NCBI RefSeq assembly: GCF_004010195.1
Contig: NC_057718.1
Location: forward strand, 43,284,395-43,333,508
Source of the DNA: Chiloscyllium plagiosum
Lineage: Eukaryota
Length of the DNA: 49,114 nucleotides
Direction: 5' to 3'
Shown here one piece after another: positions 1-13,300 of the stretch. How positions within the stretch are numbered: position 1 is the first letter of the stretch; each line of letters opens with the position of its first letter. Below the pieces are notes generated by a model. That model worked only from the letters and a program-made list of their open reading frames with translations, was not told where the DNA came from and did not search any database. The translations under genes were made by a program, and so were the position numbers.

Positions 1-615
1 TTTTAAGCTGTATCTATTTTTTTTTTCTTTATGATTATCTTTATTTTCTGTTTAATTATGGCAATATGATTGTGTGACTCTTCAACAGTTGCACTTGCAT
101 TTCAATCAGAACAAATATTTATTCCACTATTTGCATTTTAAAAACAGACGAGTTTCAAAATAATATGAAAAAATTATAAACAGCTATTTTTCTTATATAG
201 AACAGAATGTTGGGTGTTGGTGGTTGTATTTAAATTATTTATGCATCTGTGTTTACCTGCCAACAAACAATTTATGGCAGTCTTACATGCAAAGTTTAAA
301 AGCAGAAAAAAAGTTTTAAAAAAGCTACAAATACCAGGAGTTGAAGTTTAACCTGTAGTGAAAAACCATGTCTGTAGGTCTAGGCAAGCTTTGTGCTTCA
401 CATCTGTAAACAATCAACTGTATATTTTTGTGACGTGTATCATACTGTGTGCTCTGACAAATGTCCATTTGTGTAAATGTATTTATTTTATATTGTATAT
501 ATTGTTAATGCAAAAGGAGACAATGATTCTGTAACTTTAATCAGTTCCAATGTGTACTCTAATTATGCCTTTCAGGATGATGGTAGAGCAATATTAAACA
601 AGCTTCCACTTTTAC
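1..615 (+). other. CBFB: Distal 3' UTR of an upstream gene (tentatively CBFB)
   Basis: Seen: repeat-free AU-rich sequence with a Pumilio element TGTATATA (494-501), ATTTA (481-485), seed matches TGTTTAC (miR-30, 250-256) and TTGCACT (miR-130/301, 89-95), ending in ATTAAA plus a U/GU-rich downstream tract. Gene identity rests only on my recollection that ...ATTATGCCTTTCAGGATGATGGTAGAGCAATATTAAACAAGCTTCCACTTTT resembles the end of mammalian CBFB mRNA; unverified. Confidence 0.45.
593..598 (+). terminator. Polyadenylation signal ATTAAA
   Basis: ATTAAA at the end of the UTR-like block, followed about 25-50 nt later by GAGTTTGT...GTGTATTTTTTT (GU/U-rich downstream element). Confidence 0.6.
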
Positions 616-1616
616 ATGCTTGAGTTTGTAGAACGTGTATTTTTTGGAAACACAGAGCTCAATAGAATTGGAATGACTAAGTTTTATGTTTTGGTTTTAA
701 ACTCCTGTGATAATGGGACTCCAAACAGCCATTAATTTACTGATTTGCACAAATGCATTAGTTGTGGCCAGATTTTGTTCAAACTTCAGATCTCGATTGA
801 ATATCTTGCTTTGGTACCACTACAATCTAAATTTAATGTCAAAAATGCTGCTATGCTTTGAAACAGAGACACAACGCTTAGAGTCCAATGTTCCATGAGA
901 CCAGGCAAGGAGTTTGCAGATTCTTTCTGACCTGAACTATTGACCTTCACCACTACTGATCAAGTGCCACCTATAAAAGAGGATGGGAAAATCAGGCAGG
1001 CAGTGGCAACATTATCAGACCACTGACGATACATTTTCAGAGCAGCCTTGGTGATGAGATGTCTCTCAATCTCAATGACGTACTGCCCTAGGCAACTGAG
1101 ATGGAGTGAATGTATAAAATGAACAGATATCCTCAGAAACAAAGAAACACAAAAGAGGTGCTAGCTGTAGCTTGAAAAAAATATAGAATCTCTGTCAGAT
1201 CTTTTATTGTTGTTGCTAGTAATTTAACTGACCAACACCGATTTATCATCCCCAACACTGACATTTCATTCGTATATTCCACTTTACCAGTTGCCCACTG
1301 ATTGAGTTTGACTGCATTCTGAATAAAACAGAAAGCAGCAATGGCTTATTCATTATTGTAAAAAGTTCTACTTTTCTGTCATCACAGAAGTTTTGTCACC
1401 CAAAACGTGCACAGCACTTAGCAGGGAAGAACCAGAGTTCCTAAGTGCGAAGTGTATGGCAGAGTGCTAAGATAAACTTAATGAGAATTGATATATGAAC
1501 AGCTAATTTGATCAGTCATATTCAGGATAGTTGGAAATAATGTTTTGTTTTCATTGACTGTTCCATCAATGTCTCATACTTCCTCTTTTTATGTAGCTAC
1601 TCAGAGAAAGAGAGGT

Positions 1617-3390
1617 GAACAAAGAACAGTACAGCACAGGAACAGGCCCTTCAGCCCTCCAAGCCTGCGCCGTGACATTTTGCCCTTCCATACTAAAACT
1701 ATCTTCATTTACAGGATCTGTATCCCTCTATGCCCTTCCTATTCATGTATTCGCCCAAGTGCTTTTTGAGTGCTGTTATCATGTCTGTTTTCACTACCTC
1801 CTCTGGCAAAGCATTCCAGAAACTCACCACACTTGTGAAAAACTTGCCTTGCACATCTCTTTTAAACTTGCCCCCTCACCCCTTGAACCAGTGTCCCCCA
1901 GTACTTGACTCCCTTCACTCTGGGAAAAAGCCTCATACTTTCCACTCTATCCATGCCATTCACAATCTTATAAACTTTATCAGGTCACCCCTTAACCTCC
2001 AATGTTCCAGTGAAAATAAACCCAGTCTATCCAACCTTTCTTTTTAACTAAAATCTCCCATAACAGGCAGCATCCTGATAGACCTGGTCTGTACCCTCTC
2101 CAAAGCATCCATATCCTTCTGGTAGTGTGGTTACCAGAACTGTACATAATATTCCAAGTGTGGCCTAATTAAAGTTCTGTGAAGCTGCAGCATAACTTGT
2201 CTATCATTATACTCAATGCCCATGCCAATGAAGGCAAGCATACCATAGGCTTTTTTTTAACTACCTTATCTACCTGTGCCTCCACCTTCACTATAATTTC
2301 CATCTGTACTTGACCTTCCAAAATGTATCACCTCACATTTGTCCAGATTAAACTCCATCTGCCATTTTGCTGCCCATGCCTCCAACTGATCTATATCCTA
2401 CTGTATCCATTGACAATCCTCCTCACTATCCGCAACTCCACCAATCTTTGTATCATCCACAAACTTACTAATTAGACTAGCTACAGTTTCCTCCAAATCA
2501 TTTATGTAGATCACGAACAGCAGAGGTCCCAGCAGTGATCCTGTGGAACACCAGTAATCACAACCCTTCATTCTGAAAAGCATTGTTTCACTGCTACCGT
2601 CTGTCTCCAATGGTAAGCTAATTCTGTATCCATCTTGCCACTTCACACCTGGTGTCATGTGACTTCACCTTTGGTACCAGTATGCCATGATGGCCCTTGT
2701 CAAAGGCTTTACTGAAATCCATGTAGACAACATCAGCTGTTTTTCCCTCATCAATCATCTTCGTCACCTCCTCAAAAAACTTATCAAGTTGTTAATAAAT
2801 CCATTTGCTTCTAAATGCGTATAGAAGCATTTCCCTGAGAATATTTTCCAATAATTTCCCTACCACCAATGTGAGACTCATAGGCCTGTAACTTCCAGGG
2901 TTATCCCTGTTACCCTTCTTAAACAATGGGACAACATCGGCTAAACTCTAATCTTTTGGGATTTCACCTGTGGCCAAACAGGATTCAAAGATGTCTGTCA
3001 ATGCTCCAGGAATATGTACTCTTTCCTCCCTCAATATTGTGGAAATAGATCCCATCAGGACCTGGGGACTTACCTACCTAAATACTTTTTAAGACACACA
3101 ACACCTCTTCCTTTTTAATAGCAACTCGGCTTAGAAACTCAACAGTCCCTTCCCTGAGATCATCTTTCATCAATTCCTTCTCATTGATGAATACTAACAC
3201 AAAGTATTCATTTGGGACTTCATCTATCTCTTCTGGCTCCACGTATAGGTATAAAAAGCCTTGGGATTCTCCGTAATCCTGTTTGCTAATGACTTTTCAA
3301 GACCCCTTTTAGCCCTTCTAATTCCTTGTTTACTTTCTTTCCTAGTTTCCTTATGTACTTCAAGGGATTCCTCATCCTCCTAGACCGCAT
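1617..3390 (-). mobile_element. CR1 LINE, 5'-truncated, decayed (RT domain to 3' tail)
   Basis: ORF 2398-2658(-) contains GSLLGPLLFVIYINDL...ISKFVDDTKIGG (CR1 RT motifs); typical CR1 3' tail near 1617-1670. Confidence 0.9.
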
Positions 3391-4213
3391 AGGTGGACAC
3401 AAGTAGATAGGCAGCTAAACCCTAAAACTGACTGCAAATCAGCCTCATGAAATTCCATGCTTCAAAAATAGTCATTGCGTAAACCCTTATGTCTGATTTC
3501 TGCTTGATTTGTGAGGTTTTGTTTCACTCTTCATTAGGGGGGAAAATATTGATGACCTAAAGTTACTGGATTGGAGAAAGATGAGAACTTTAATCCATCT
3601 GGGAAGAGCTTGGAATTTTGGACATATACTAAATTCATGTAACTCATGAGCCTTACTAATAAATAGCTACTAAGTAGGTCCTTGTTTTTGCCTGACACAG
3701 ACTCAACACGCCAAAGGGCTTTTTTCTGTGCTGTAGACCTTTGACTCTATGGCTCCGTGACTGTAAATTTTACTGAGGAAAGTACCAATGAATCTTCCAC
3801 CAATCCACTGCACAAAAAGGTAGCCTACTAAGGGGAGTTCCTGGGCTTTTTGAGGGAAATGTGGCCCTTAGTAGCTCTAAAAGCTTTCCATCAATTATCA
3901 TGTCAACTCTTGAACTCCCTTTTAGAAGTCAGTGCAGTTCTAGGTTGATGTTGGTAATTGATGCTGGAATGAGCCAATCCTTTTGTTTGGAAGGCTCCCT
4001 TCAGACCTAAAGAATTGAAATAAAAATCATGATTATCTTTGACCCTGGTGCATCTGGGGAAATGCTGATCAAAGTTGTTATGGCCTGCTCTTACTACAAA
4101 GAATGGTTTAGGGTGGGTGGGTGTAGGTAATACTGTCTTGGAGGTGCTTTTAGGATGAGTTGTAATTTTCGGTTACTCAGGAAATCATTTTGTTCATTTT
4201 TAAGTTGTTTGCT

Positions 4214-4239
4214 ACACACACACACACACACAAACACAC
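4214..4239. repeat. (CA)n microsatellite
   Basis: acacacacacacacacacacaaacacac. Confidence 0.9.
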
Positions 4240-6235
4240 CCCTGAGTGGCCACTTGTCATAATGCATTTTTCTTTGCAAGAATTGGATATTCTTAGCTGT
4301 AGTTTTCCACATACTATTATACAATGCATTTTCTTCTCTTCATTAATTTTAGTGAAAAAATAAAAAGGAATATAAAACATTTTAACAGCCAGGCCTCATT
4401 GGCATTCTGCTTGCTGACTTCCTGATCATAACAGCCGAGACATGAATGGAAAGCAGCTGCCTAGCCATTAGAGTCAAGCCGTTCAGAATCCTGAGACCAG
4501 AGGGAGCACTACCCAACAACATGACAAGTGGGTAGGTTGGGATGACTGTGCACATAGTGTTAGTGGGAATCCGGAAGGCGGGTGGCCGAGTTCAGACCAA
4601 TAGAAACACAAATGCTACAGATTGTGTAATAGAAAGTTAACTCACAACTTCCAATTTTCCACCTGTTCCCAAAATGACAATTAACACTAACTGCACATTA
4701 GAGGTTCAATATGATTGAATTATTGCTGTTTCTTTCATTATTAAATACAACATTTCTGGTGGTGTTTATTCTTACCTTAAGTACTTTATTGAAGTCTCAA
4801 ACAATCCGAAAAGATTAATTCATATTGTCTTTATACATGGCATTTTTGATTGATCTTAACTGTTCTAAAACTCTGGGTGGATGTAATCTGTTTTAATTGG
4901 TTCAGTATTAGAGATAATTGGACGGCAATTATCAAAAGAATAAGATGATTGAAAATTGGGTGTTTAATCTATACAGAAACTTAAAATTTTTTTACAGAAA
5001 ATTAAAGGGATTTTAAAAGTCTTTTTGAGTCTTTGTTTTTATTGACAGGGTTATGTATTTAAGGAAGGGAAGGATTAAAAAAAGTTGTGGAATTCAATGT
5101 TCTCCTTGAAAACACAGACTCCTCTGTTTCTGTATATGAAAACTATTAGCATTTTTAAAAATATCCAATGCATGAGTATGTACCAAGATTCATGGACAAT
5201 ATGATCCTCATTTGTCAAGAACAAATTGATGACAATTAAAGTAATAAATACCCACTTTATTTTTTTAATTCTACAGATGAAATATTTGGTATTCATTGTG
5301 ATATGCTCTTACATATTTAATCTGACATTTATTCACACATTTATTCTTGACAGTTTAAATATACAAGAGAACAGCTTTGAGCCAAACTGATTTGAACCAA
5401 AGAGTTTAGAAAGAACGTTTGTTCAACTGGAAATCCCACGTTCAAAATATATTCCAAAGTACACCAGTTGTTGTGAAGTAAATAATAGTACAGTAAGCAA
5501 ACCCTAGTTTGACTTTTAAGATAATAAAGAATTAATGTAATTTAACTACATTGAGCTTTTAAGAGTTGGGGTAAAATTGTAGAGGAAAGTTATAATGTAA
5601 GTGCCTCATTGCATTATGAATAAAGCAGAACAATGGCTGATAACTGTGCTGAGAAGAACTTACTCCAACTTATTCAGTTAAATGATGTCTTTCTCTCTCT
5701 GTCTGATCCAGTGCAGATTCCTTTAAGATTTAGGCATTGGCATCATTGTTAACCTTGGAGAATATCTACTCTCCCGTCAATTTTCTGCATAGTAACACAT
5801 TCAGTGTGACTGTCTGCAGCTCACAGTACAACTGTTTCAATTGACTGTAGCTGATTTCTCAGTTTTAAAAGCTTTATATATGAGAATTAATATTTATGCA
5901 TTCTCAAAACAAACTGCAAAATACTCTAGGTAAGAAAAGAAACAGGAAACTAAAGTAGGTGTGGGGATTGTTCTGGTCAGTGAACTCATGCCTGTTCAGT
6001 ATAATGCAAACAGCATGCTAACTTGATGCTGTCTGCTCATCTGCAAGATTCCTCTGTGTAAGCAACACTGACAACAAGAAGCATTGGCTAAATGCATCAG
6101 TCGGACTCCCAAAACTGTGACCACTTAGTGCTAATATAGTGGAGCTGCAGTTTGAGTGAACCAGGAGTTGGTAGTTGAGTGGGAAGTGAACTTGACCTGG
6201 GAAAAAGTGAAGTGTGGCACAATAAATGAAAAGTC

Positions 6236-6870
6236 TGCCTCAAAGGTTAGCAGATACTGGATTGGATGCCTTGGTGGAAGAGTTGGAAAGGAGGACACAA
6301 GTCCTGTAACTATGACATGGGTGGGGATTGGAGGAGTTCAGTGTCCTCCAGATGTTTAATCAAAAGACAATGAAAGCAGACGGCCCTGGAGGTCAATATG
6401 AGGAGGCAGCATGGAAGATCTGAGTGCACTCCTCTAAGAAGTTCAAATGAAATCACATAAACGGTCAAGGTCAGTGAGTGCATCTTCAAATGGAATACCC
6501 TATCACCTGCACCATTTGTCTTACACACTAAACAATTCCGCACTCATCTGTCAACAATCTCAATCCATCATAACTTGTGCCTGACATTTGTACGTTTCAC
6601 CTCACCAGACTGAATACCATTGCAAGTTTTGCACCCACACATCACAGCTTCCATACTGCCAGCTTTTCAACCATGACAGCCATGCCAGCCTAATAGATGG
6701 CAACTTGAATACAGTATTCATTCTCTTGTAGGACAAGGTGGCACAAATCCCGAAGCAACGGGAGGTAATCTAAGCCTGTTAGAGGGAATGATACCAACCA
6801 CTGTCAGGATGACTATTGCTGAAGCTGTGGCCCACTGCAAATCTAAATCCATGAAAATAAAATCGTGGTC
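6236..6870 (+). pseudogene. Decayed Myb/SANT-like DNA-binding gene of a PIF/Harbinger transposon (two exons)
   Basis: Hand translation: RLADTGLDALVEELERRTQVL* ... IKRQ*KQTALEVNMRR...EC..KKF...VK, then donor AAG|gtcagt (6470) and acceptor ttctcttgtag|GAC AAG GTG GCA (6732, DKVA). Matches the Harbinger Myb/SANT pattern (L.ALVEEV..R...L; W..IA..VN; QC.KKF.DL). Stops and frameshifts present. Confidence 0.7.
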
Positions 6871-7473
6871 CCGAGACCTAATCCTCCCTCTCACAGGGCA
6901 CTTCTCTCTTATCCACACAGGCTTCTTATTCATAAGTTGCTAATCATTTAATCGTGCTCCTCTTACGTTATACCACCATCTATTCCAGCTCACCCTATCT
7001 CCAAAACCCTTTAACACATTCTTTATGTCCTTTTCCTTGCATAAAGTCAGCAAGTGTCAGTGGAGAAAAAAACACATAGATTACGAAGATTACTCGATTA
7101 AGAAAATGGTGTCCTGTCTTCGTAGTTTCACACTTGCATCACCAGCTCAGGTACACATGCTAATGTAGCCGTGAAGATAGATTCAAAGTGGGAACCTCAC
7201 ATGGTGAACACCCCTGACAGACTGTGCTGTTGCCAAGGCAGCTGGGCCAGAGACTAAGGTTACATACACGTTCTGTTGCAGAGGCCTCAAATGAGCACTT
7301 TGAGGGGGCAGCCTGCAAAAGAAAATGCTTTTTGTGTTTTCAGGCCTGCCAGGAATCCTGCAGTCAATGTCAATGCACTGGAGTCCAGCACCAACCTGAC
7401 ACAGGGCTTTGCACACAAGCTATAGTCCAGCCTAAACAGTATGAATGTGATATTCCATTAACACATTTATATA

Positions 7474-7630
7474 AAAACAAAATAATGTGAATGCTGGAAG
7501 TCTGAAACAAACACAGAGAATGCTGGAGAAATTCAGCAGGTCACAAAGCATCTATGCAGAGAGAAAGAGTTAATGTTGTGAGTCCAGGATGACTATTTTT
7601 CAGCAGGATTTCAGAACTTTCTTCAGAACT
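7474..7630 (-). mobile_element. Penelope-like element terminal (pLTR) fragment
   Basis: aatgctggagaaattcagcaggtc...agcatct...gagttaatgtt, related to the PLE end at 43367-43523; eroded hammerhead at about 7567-7610. Confidence 0.6.
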
Positions 7631-8065
7631 TCATTAGAACTACCATTCACACACTTGTGAATCCAGACATGATGGTTGTCTCAGATTCATAACCAATGTG
7701 ACTGGTCAGCATCCAATATCTGAATGATGTTGTTATGATTGTGGATTGCAGTTTGCAGAGGGGTTTGCATAATACTATTACAGCGCAACATCCTTATACA
7801 GTTATAGGTGCCTACAATTGCTGAGGTATTGCCTTGGGGAATGAAGCACAATGAAGCACAAACCTGGTTCAAGTCCTCTCTCAGAAAGATAGCATTCATA
7901 TTCGCAACACTGTCACTGGCACTGCCTGTCTGTTATATGAAAGCCTGCCAGTATGCCTACAGTTGGAACTTCTAGGCCCAGACCTGCTAAAGATCATCCT
8001 GCAAGACCATCTGCAGTCTTCACCACTTAGGTCTTCCTCCACTTTTGGGGAAACTAATGAAAATA

Positions 8066-10070
8066 AATGCAGCTAAATCCCCAGGGCCTGATAATTCCAT
8101 CTCAGAATACTTAAGGAAGTGGTCCTAGAAATAGCAGTTGTACTAATGGTCATCTTCCAAAATTCTTTTGACTTTGGAACAGTCCCTGTGGATTGGAGGG
8201 TAACTAATGTAATCCCACCATTGAAAAAGATAAGTGGGAGAAAGCAGTAAATTATAGACCAGTTGGCTTAACATAGGTAGTGGAGAAAATCGGACAGTCA
8301 ATTATAAAAGATGTAGGAGCAGAGCACTTGGAAGATAGTGACAAGATTGGACACAGTCAGCATGACTTTACAAAGGGAAGTTGTGCTTGACAAATCTGCT
8401 GGAATCTATTAAGGATGTAACTATAGAGTGAATAAGGGGGAGCCAGTGGACATGGTTCACTTCGATTTTCAGAAGGCCTTCAATAAGGACCCACAGAAGA
8501 GATTAGCAGGGAAAAAGCACATGAGGTCGAAGGTCAGGTACTGAAATAGGTTGAGAACTGGCTGACAAAAATGAAATGGAATGAGAATGGACAGGCTTTG
8601 TGTGCAGTGATTAGTGGAATATGATAGGGATCAGTGATTGGACCCCAGCTATTTACAATATATGTTAATGATTAGATGAAGAGGGTAATGAAGTTGACAG
8701 TACCAATGGGTTTCAGCAAAGCCTTTGACAAGATCCCACATTGGAGACTGATAAAGAAGATAAAAGCATATCGAATCCAGGGTAACTTGGCAAGTTAGAT
8801 TCAAAATTGGCTTAGTGGTAAGAGACAGACTATAGTGGTAGAAGGTTATTTGTGTGACTGGAGGCTGGTGTCCAGTGGTGCACAGCAGCGATCTGTGCTA
8901 GGCCTCTTTCTTCTTGCGATATATATAAATGGTACAAACAAAATGTGGGGTGATGGTAAGTAAGTTTGCAGATGACATGAAGATTGGCTAGTGTGGAAAG
9001 TGTGGAAGAAGGTTTTCAGTTACAGGCAGATGTAAACGGATTGGTCAGGTGAATAGATCAGAAACGTGTAAGATGGTGCACTTTGGAAGACGTAACAAAA
9101 CAAGGGAGTGCTCATTGAATGGCAGGACACTAGAAAGCTCAGGGGAACAAAGGAATCTTGGGGTAGTTGTGCACAGATCCATGAAGGCAGAAGGCCAGGG
9201 TGGTTAAGAAGGTATAAAAGGTATATTTTTCTAGCAAACAGAGAAGGAATGGGAGGGGGTCCAGAGAGTGGTGGGAATGTGCATTGCTTGAGACGGTAGT
9301 TGAGGCAGTAAATCTGACAACCTTTAAAGAGTATTTGAATGTGGACTTAAATATCTTAACATTCAAGACTGTGGGCCAAGTGCTGGAAAGTGGGACAAGT
9401 GAAGATTTAGAGTAGTTTGTGTGAGTGCAGACACAATGGGCTGAAAGGCATCTTGGGCTCTCTACGATTCTATGACTATGCCTCATATCTCAAAGTTTGT
9501 AGATGGCACAAAGCTGGGTTGGAAGGTATGCTGTGAAAAGGATGCAGAGAATCTTGATTGAGATTTGGAGAAGTTAAGTAAGTGGGCAAAAACATGGCAG
9601 ATGTAGATGCAGGACCATGATATCAATGTGAAGTTATCCATTGTGGTCACAAAAACAAGCAAGCAGATTATTATCTGAATAGTAGTAGATTGGGAAAAGG
9701 GGGAGATGCAATGACACCTGGGCATCCTCGTACACCAGTCACTGAAAATAAACATGCAGGTCCACCATGCAGCGGAGAAGGCAAATGGTATCTGATAAAG
9801 GAGAGGCCTTTTACAGCAGAGATGAGGAGAAATTGCTTCATCCAGAGAGTATTGTGCCTGTGGAATTCTCAACTACAGAAGTTGGTTGAGGACAAAGCAT
9901 TGAATGCTTTCAAAAAGGAAAGAGATATATTTCTTAGGATTAATGGGATCAAGGATATGGGGTGAAAGTAGGAAAAGGCCACTGAACTGGATAATCAGTC
10001 ATGATCTGCTGAAGGGCAGAGCAGGCTTGAAAAGCTGAATGGCCTATTCCTAATCCCACATTTTATGATT
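8066..10070 (+). mobile_element. CR1 LINE (host copy, interrupted at about 8690-9480)
   Basis: KSPGPD-like start (8075), NYRPV (8250), GPQLFTIYVND (8640-8672), resuming at ISKFVDGTKLG (9487); 3' tail gaatggcctattcctaatcc near 10037. Confidence 0.85.
8690..9480 (+). mobile_element. Second CR1 nested inside the first
   Basis: Has its own FSKAFDKIPH (8712), SKFADDMKIG (8959) and 3' tail ctctacgattctatgactatg ending at 9480. Confidence 0.85.
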
Positions 10071-10199
10071 ACTAAAACAGGAAAAAGGAATGTATAAATG
10101 TGACTAGTTGACTTAGCAATATGGCATGATTTCACCTAAACATTTGGAATGAAATATTCATTTTGTTCCTTGTTGTTGTAGTTAACTACTCACTGCTGA

Positions 10200-10340
10200 G
10201 ATGGTCAGGTACCATCTGGTTATGGACCGCCAACAGGACAGACCAAAAAGAGGTGGTGGCACAATGTTATATGGTCAAGAGAGAGTTGCCCAGCGAGTAT
10301 TCAACATGTCCTCCCAGTCCTATGGTATCAACTGAAACAT
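10200..10340 (+). mobile_element. Non-LTR retrotransposon APE endonuclease fragment
   Basis: Frame reads RQQDRPKRGGGTMLY, matching the DR..RGGGV..Y motif of CR1/L2-group endonucleases. Confidence 0.6.
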
Positions 10341-10359
10341 TGATAAGAGGTGCTATGGG

Positions 10360-13300
10360 CCATTAGCAGCTGCAGAATTGTGCTCAAAATGTAATGCTCC
10401 TAGACAAGGCTTCCAAACCAAGAGAAACATGTACCACCTAGGCCAAAAGGCAAAGCCACCTTAAGACAGGGCTTTGCAAGTTATTCAGCTAAATACCGCT
10501 CCTGAAGTGACCACAATTAAGATAAAACTTCATATAAATGGCTGCCCCCTAGAAATGGAGAGCGACGCAGGTGCCACTCTGTCTACTGTTGGGGAGAAAA
10601 CCTTCAGGAAACTCCAATGGGGCATCTTGCTTTAAGCCTGCAGAACATCAAGGTTAGATTGGCCTCACACACTTATGTATTATTGGGACCACTCTGACCC
10701 CAACTACCCATGAGCAACAGACAGTCCCACTCCCCTTTACAGGGGTGTGAGGGGCAGTCCCAACCTTTAGGGAAGAGACTGAATCCAGAAAATCCACCTA
10801 GATTGACAACAGATCTTTAAAATGGGTACTGACAATATAAATGCAGTCACTAAGAAGTATTCTAAAACTTTCCAATAGGGTCTCAGGAAGATAAACAATG
10901 CTGAGCCAAGATCTACGTAGACTCAGAGGCCCAACCTAAATAATCAAGGCACGGGGCGGTCCCCTATGCGCTATGGGTCAAAGTAGAAAATGAATTGGGA
11001 TATGTAGATAAACTAAACAGTGCAATTTACTGAATGGATCACGCTAGTTGTCTCAGTTTTAAAACTGACAACTTGGTCTCTATAGGGATTATAAACTGAT
11101 GGTGAACAGAACTTCCTGCTTAGACAGATACCATATGTATTGCATGGAAAACTTGTATCCAAATCTAGTTGGGGGTAACATATTTTTGAAATGGGATATG
11201 AGCCACACCTACCTCCACCTGGAGCCTGAGTCATCACCCAGGAAGTATGTCAATCTAAATACTCCCAAAGGACTGTGATAATACATGCTTGCCTTTGGCT
11301 TGCACCATCTTTCAAAGGGTGTTGGAGAACCTTCAAGAGGTGCCCAAGGTGACGTTCTATCTGGATGATCTTTTAATCTCAGGAGCTACTGCAAAAGAAC
11401 ATTTGGAGAGTCTGGAGGAGGTTTTGTAGCATTTTCTGCAGCTGGCATTGAGCTAAAATGGGGAAACTTTGCATTCCAGGTCAACGAGGGAACATACCTC
11501 AGGTGCAGAGTTGACAAAGGTGGATTACACCCTGTCAAAGAGAAGGTGAAGGCCATAAAAAGAGTTCTGACTCCAAGGAACTCAACAGAGTTGAAGTCTT
11601 TTCTGAATCTCATAAATTACAATGGAAAATTCATATCCAACCGAGCAACCTGGTTGGCACCCCCTCATGTCCTACTAAAGAGAAACCAAAATGGTCATGG
11701 CAAATGCCAGAACAGAAAGCCTTTATAAATGTCAAAGAACAGTCAACAAATACATTAACCCATTATTCCCCTGGGACCACTCATCTTAACCTGCGACGCC
11801 TCCGCCTATGGAAGGGCTGGTATTGTCACACCATTGGGACGATGGGATAGAACGTCTAATCATGTACACATCATGATCCTGGCAGAGGCAGAAAGGAAAA
11901 TTGCCCAGATCGAGAAAGAAGGTTTGGCCATGATTCTCTTGTTGAAAATGTTCCACCGGTATGTCTATAGTTGACATTTCACAATCCTAGCTGATTACAA
12001 ACCTCTGCTAGGCCTCTTCAAGGAAGACAATATGATTCCATCCATTGCATCAGGTCAGATCCAATACTGGGCACTGCTATTTGGTGCCTATGAATATACC
12101 TTGGAACATTGTGCAGTGAGACATGAAGCCAACGTGGTTGCCATGAGCTGCATGCCACTACCCACCGGCCTACCTCTCTTAGATTCTCGATAGTGTGGAA
12201 ACAGGCCATTTGGTCCAACAAGTCCACACCGCCTCTCTGAAGAGTAACCGACCCAGGCCCATTCCTGTACCCTATTACTCTAAATTTCCCCTGACTAATG
12301 CACCTAACCTACACACTCTGAACACTATGGGCAATTTAGCATGGGCAATTTAGCATGGCCAATTCGACCACTCATCTTAACCTGCGACGCCTCCGCCTAT
12401 GGAAGGGCTGGTATTGTCACACCATTGGGACGATGGGATAGAACGTCTAATCATGTACACATCATGATCCTACACACTCTGAACACTATGGGCAATTTAG
12501 CATGGCCAATTCACCCAACCTGCACATCTGTGGAATGTGGGAGGAAACCAGAGCATCCGGAGGAAACCCACTCAGACATGGAGAGAATGTGCAAACTCCA
12601 CACAGACAGTCGCCTGAGGCTGGAATCGAACCCGGGTCCCTGATGCCGTGAAGCAGCAGTGCTAACCACTAAACCACCATGCTACACCTTCACCTCTAAA
12701 GCTGGGTGAAGTCTTCGTGACTTTGAACTTCATGGACACTGGACTAGATTCTGCCAGGCATGAACCCAAAAAGACCCTACATTGATGAAGTCCATCATAT
12801 CATCCTAAATGGTGGACCACAATGACGGTCCTATGGAAAAGTTAGAACCCTAAGTCTCAAAATATCAGGACTTGAGCAATGCCCGTGGTATTCTTTTAGG
12901 GGAGTCCGGGTGGTTGTCCACATCCAGGCCAACAACCAATACTTCAAGAATTGCACAATAGTCACCTAGAAATTTCTAAAATGAAAATGCTCTCAAGGAG
13001 CTATGCTTGGTGGTCTGGCATAGACATGGATATCAAAAACCCTGGTCAATCATTGCAAAATCTGCCAGGAAAACCAGAAGGCTCCTCCAGCAGACTCACT
13101 GCACCCACAGGAATGGCCAGTCTTACCCTGGGTGCAAGTACGTACAGATTTAGCATGGCCGTTTATGGGCTCTACTTCCTTGATCCTGATCGAAATAATT
13201 GATGTGCCTCTTGTACCTCTTACAATACCGGAGAAGTACTCCATCCATCTTTTAATATCCATGGGACACCCGAGATCCTTGTAACAGACAATGGGACCAA

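Noticed and set aside
4560..4605. CCGGAAG, GGCGGG and CCAAT cluster as a promoter
   Set aside because: Only a few CpGs and no linked exon; could equally be a repeat remnant.
7687..8040. Possible Harbinger transposase remnant (IVGTYNCI resembling IGAIDCT) on the minus strand
   Set aside because: Position opposite the Myb relic is suggestive, but the similarity is too weak to call by eye; needs a DDE_Tnp_4 profile search.
12341..12643. 100-aa ORF with an internal repeat (MGNLAWPI x2)
   Set aside because: Chance fusion of antisense SINE and duplicated RNase H DNA; no promoter or splice support.
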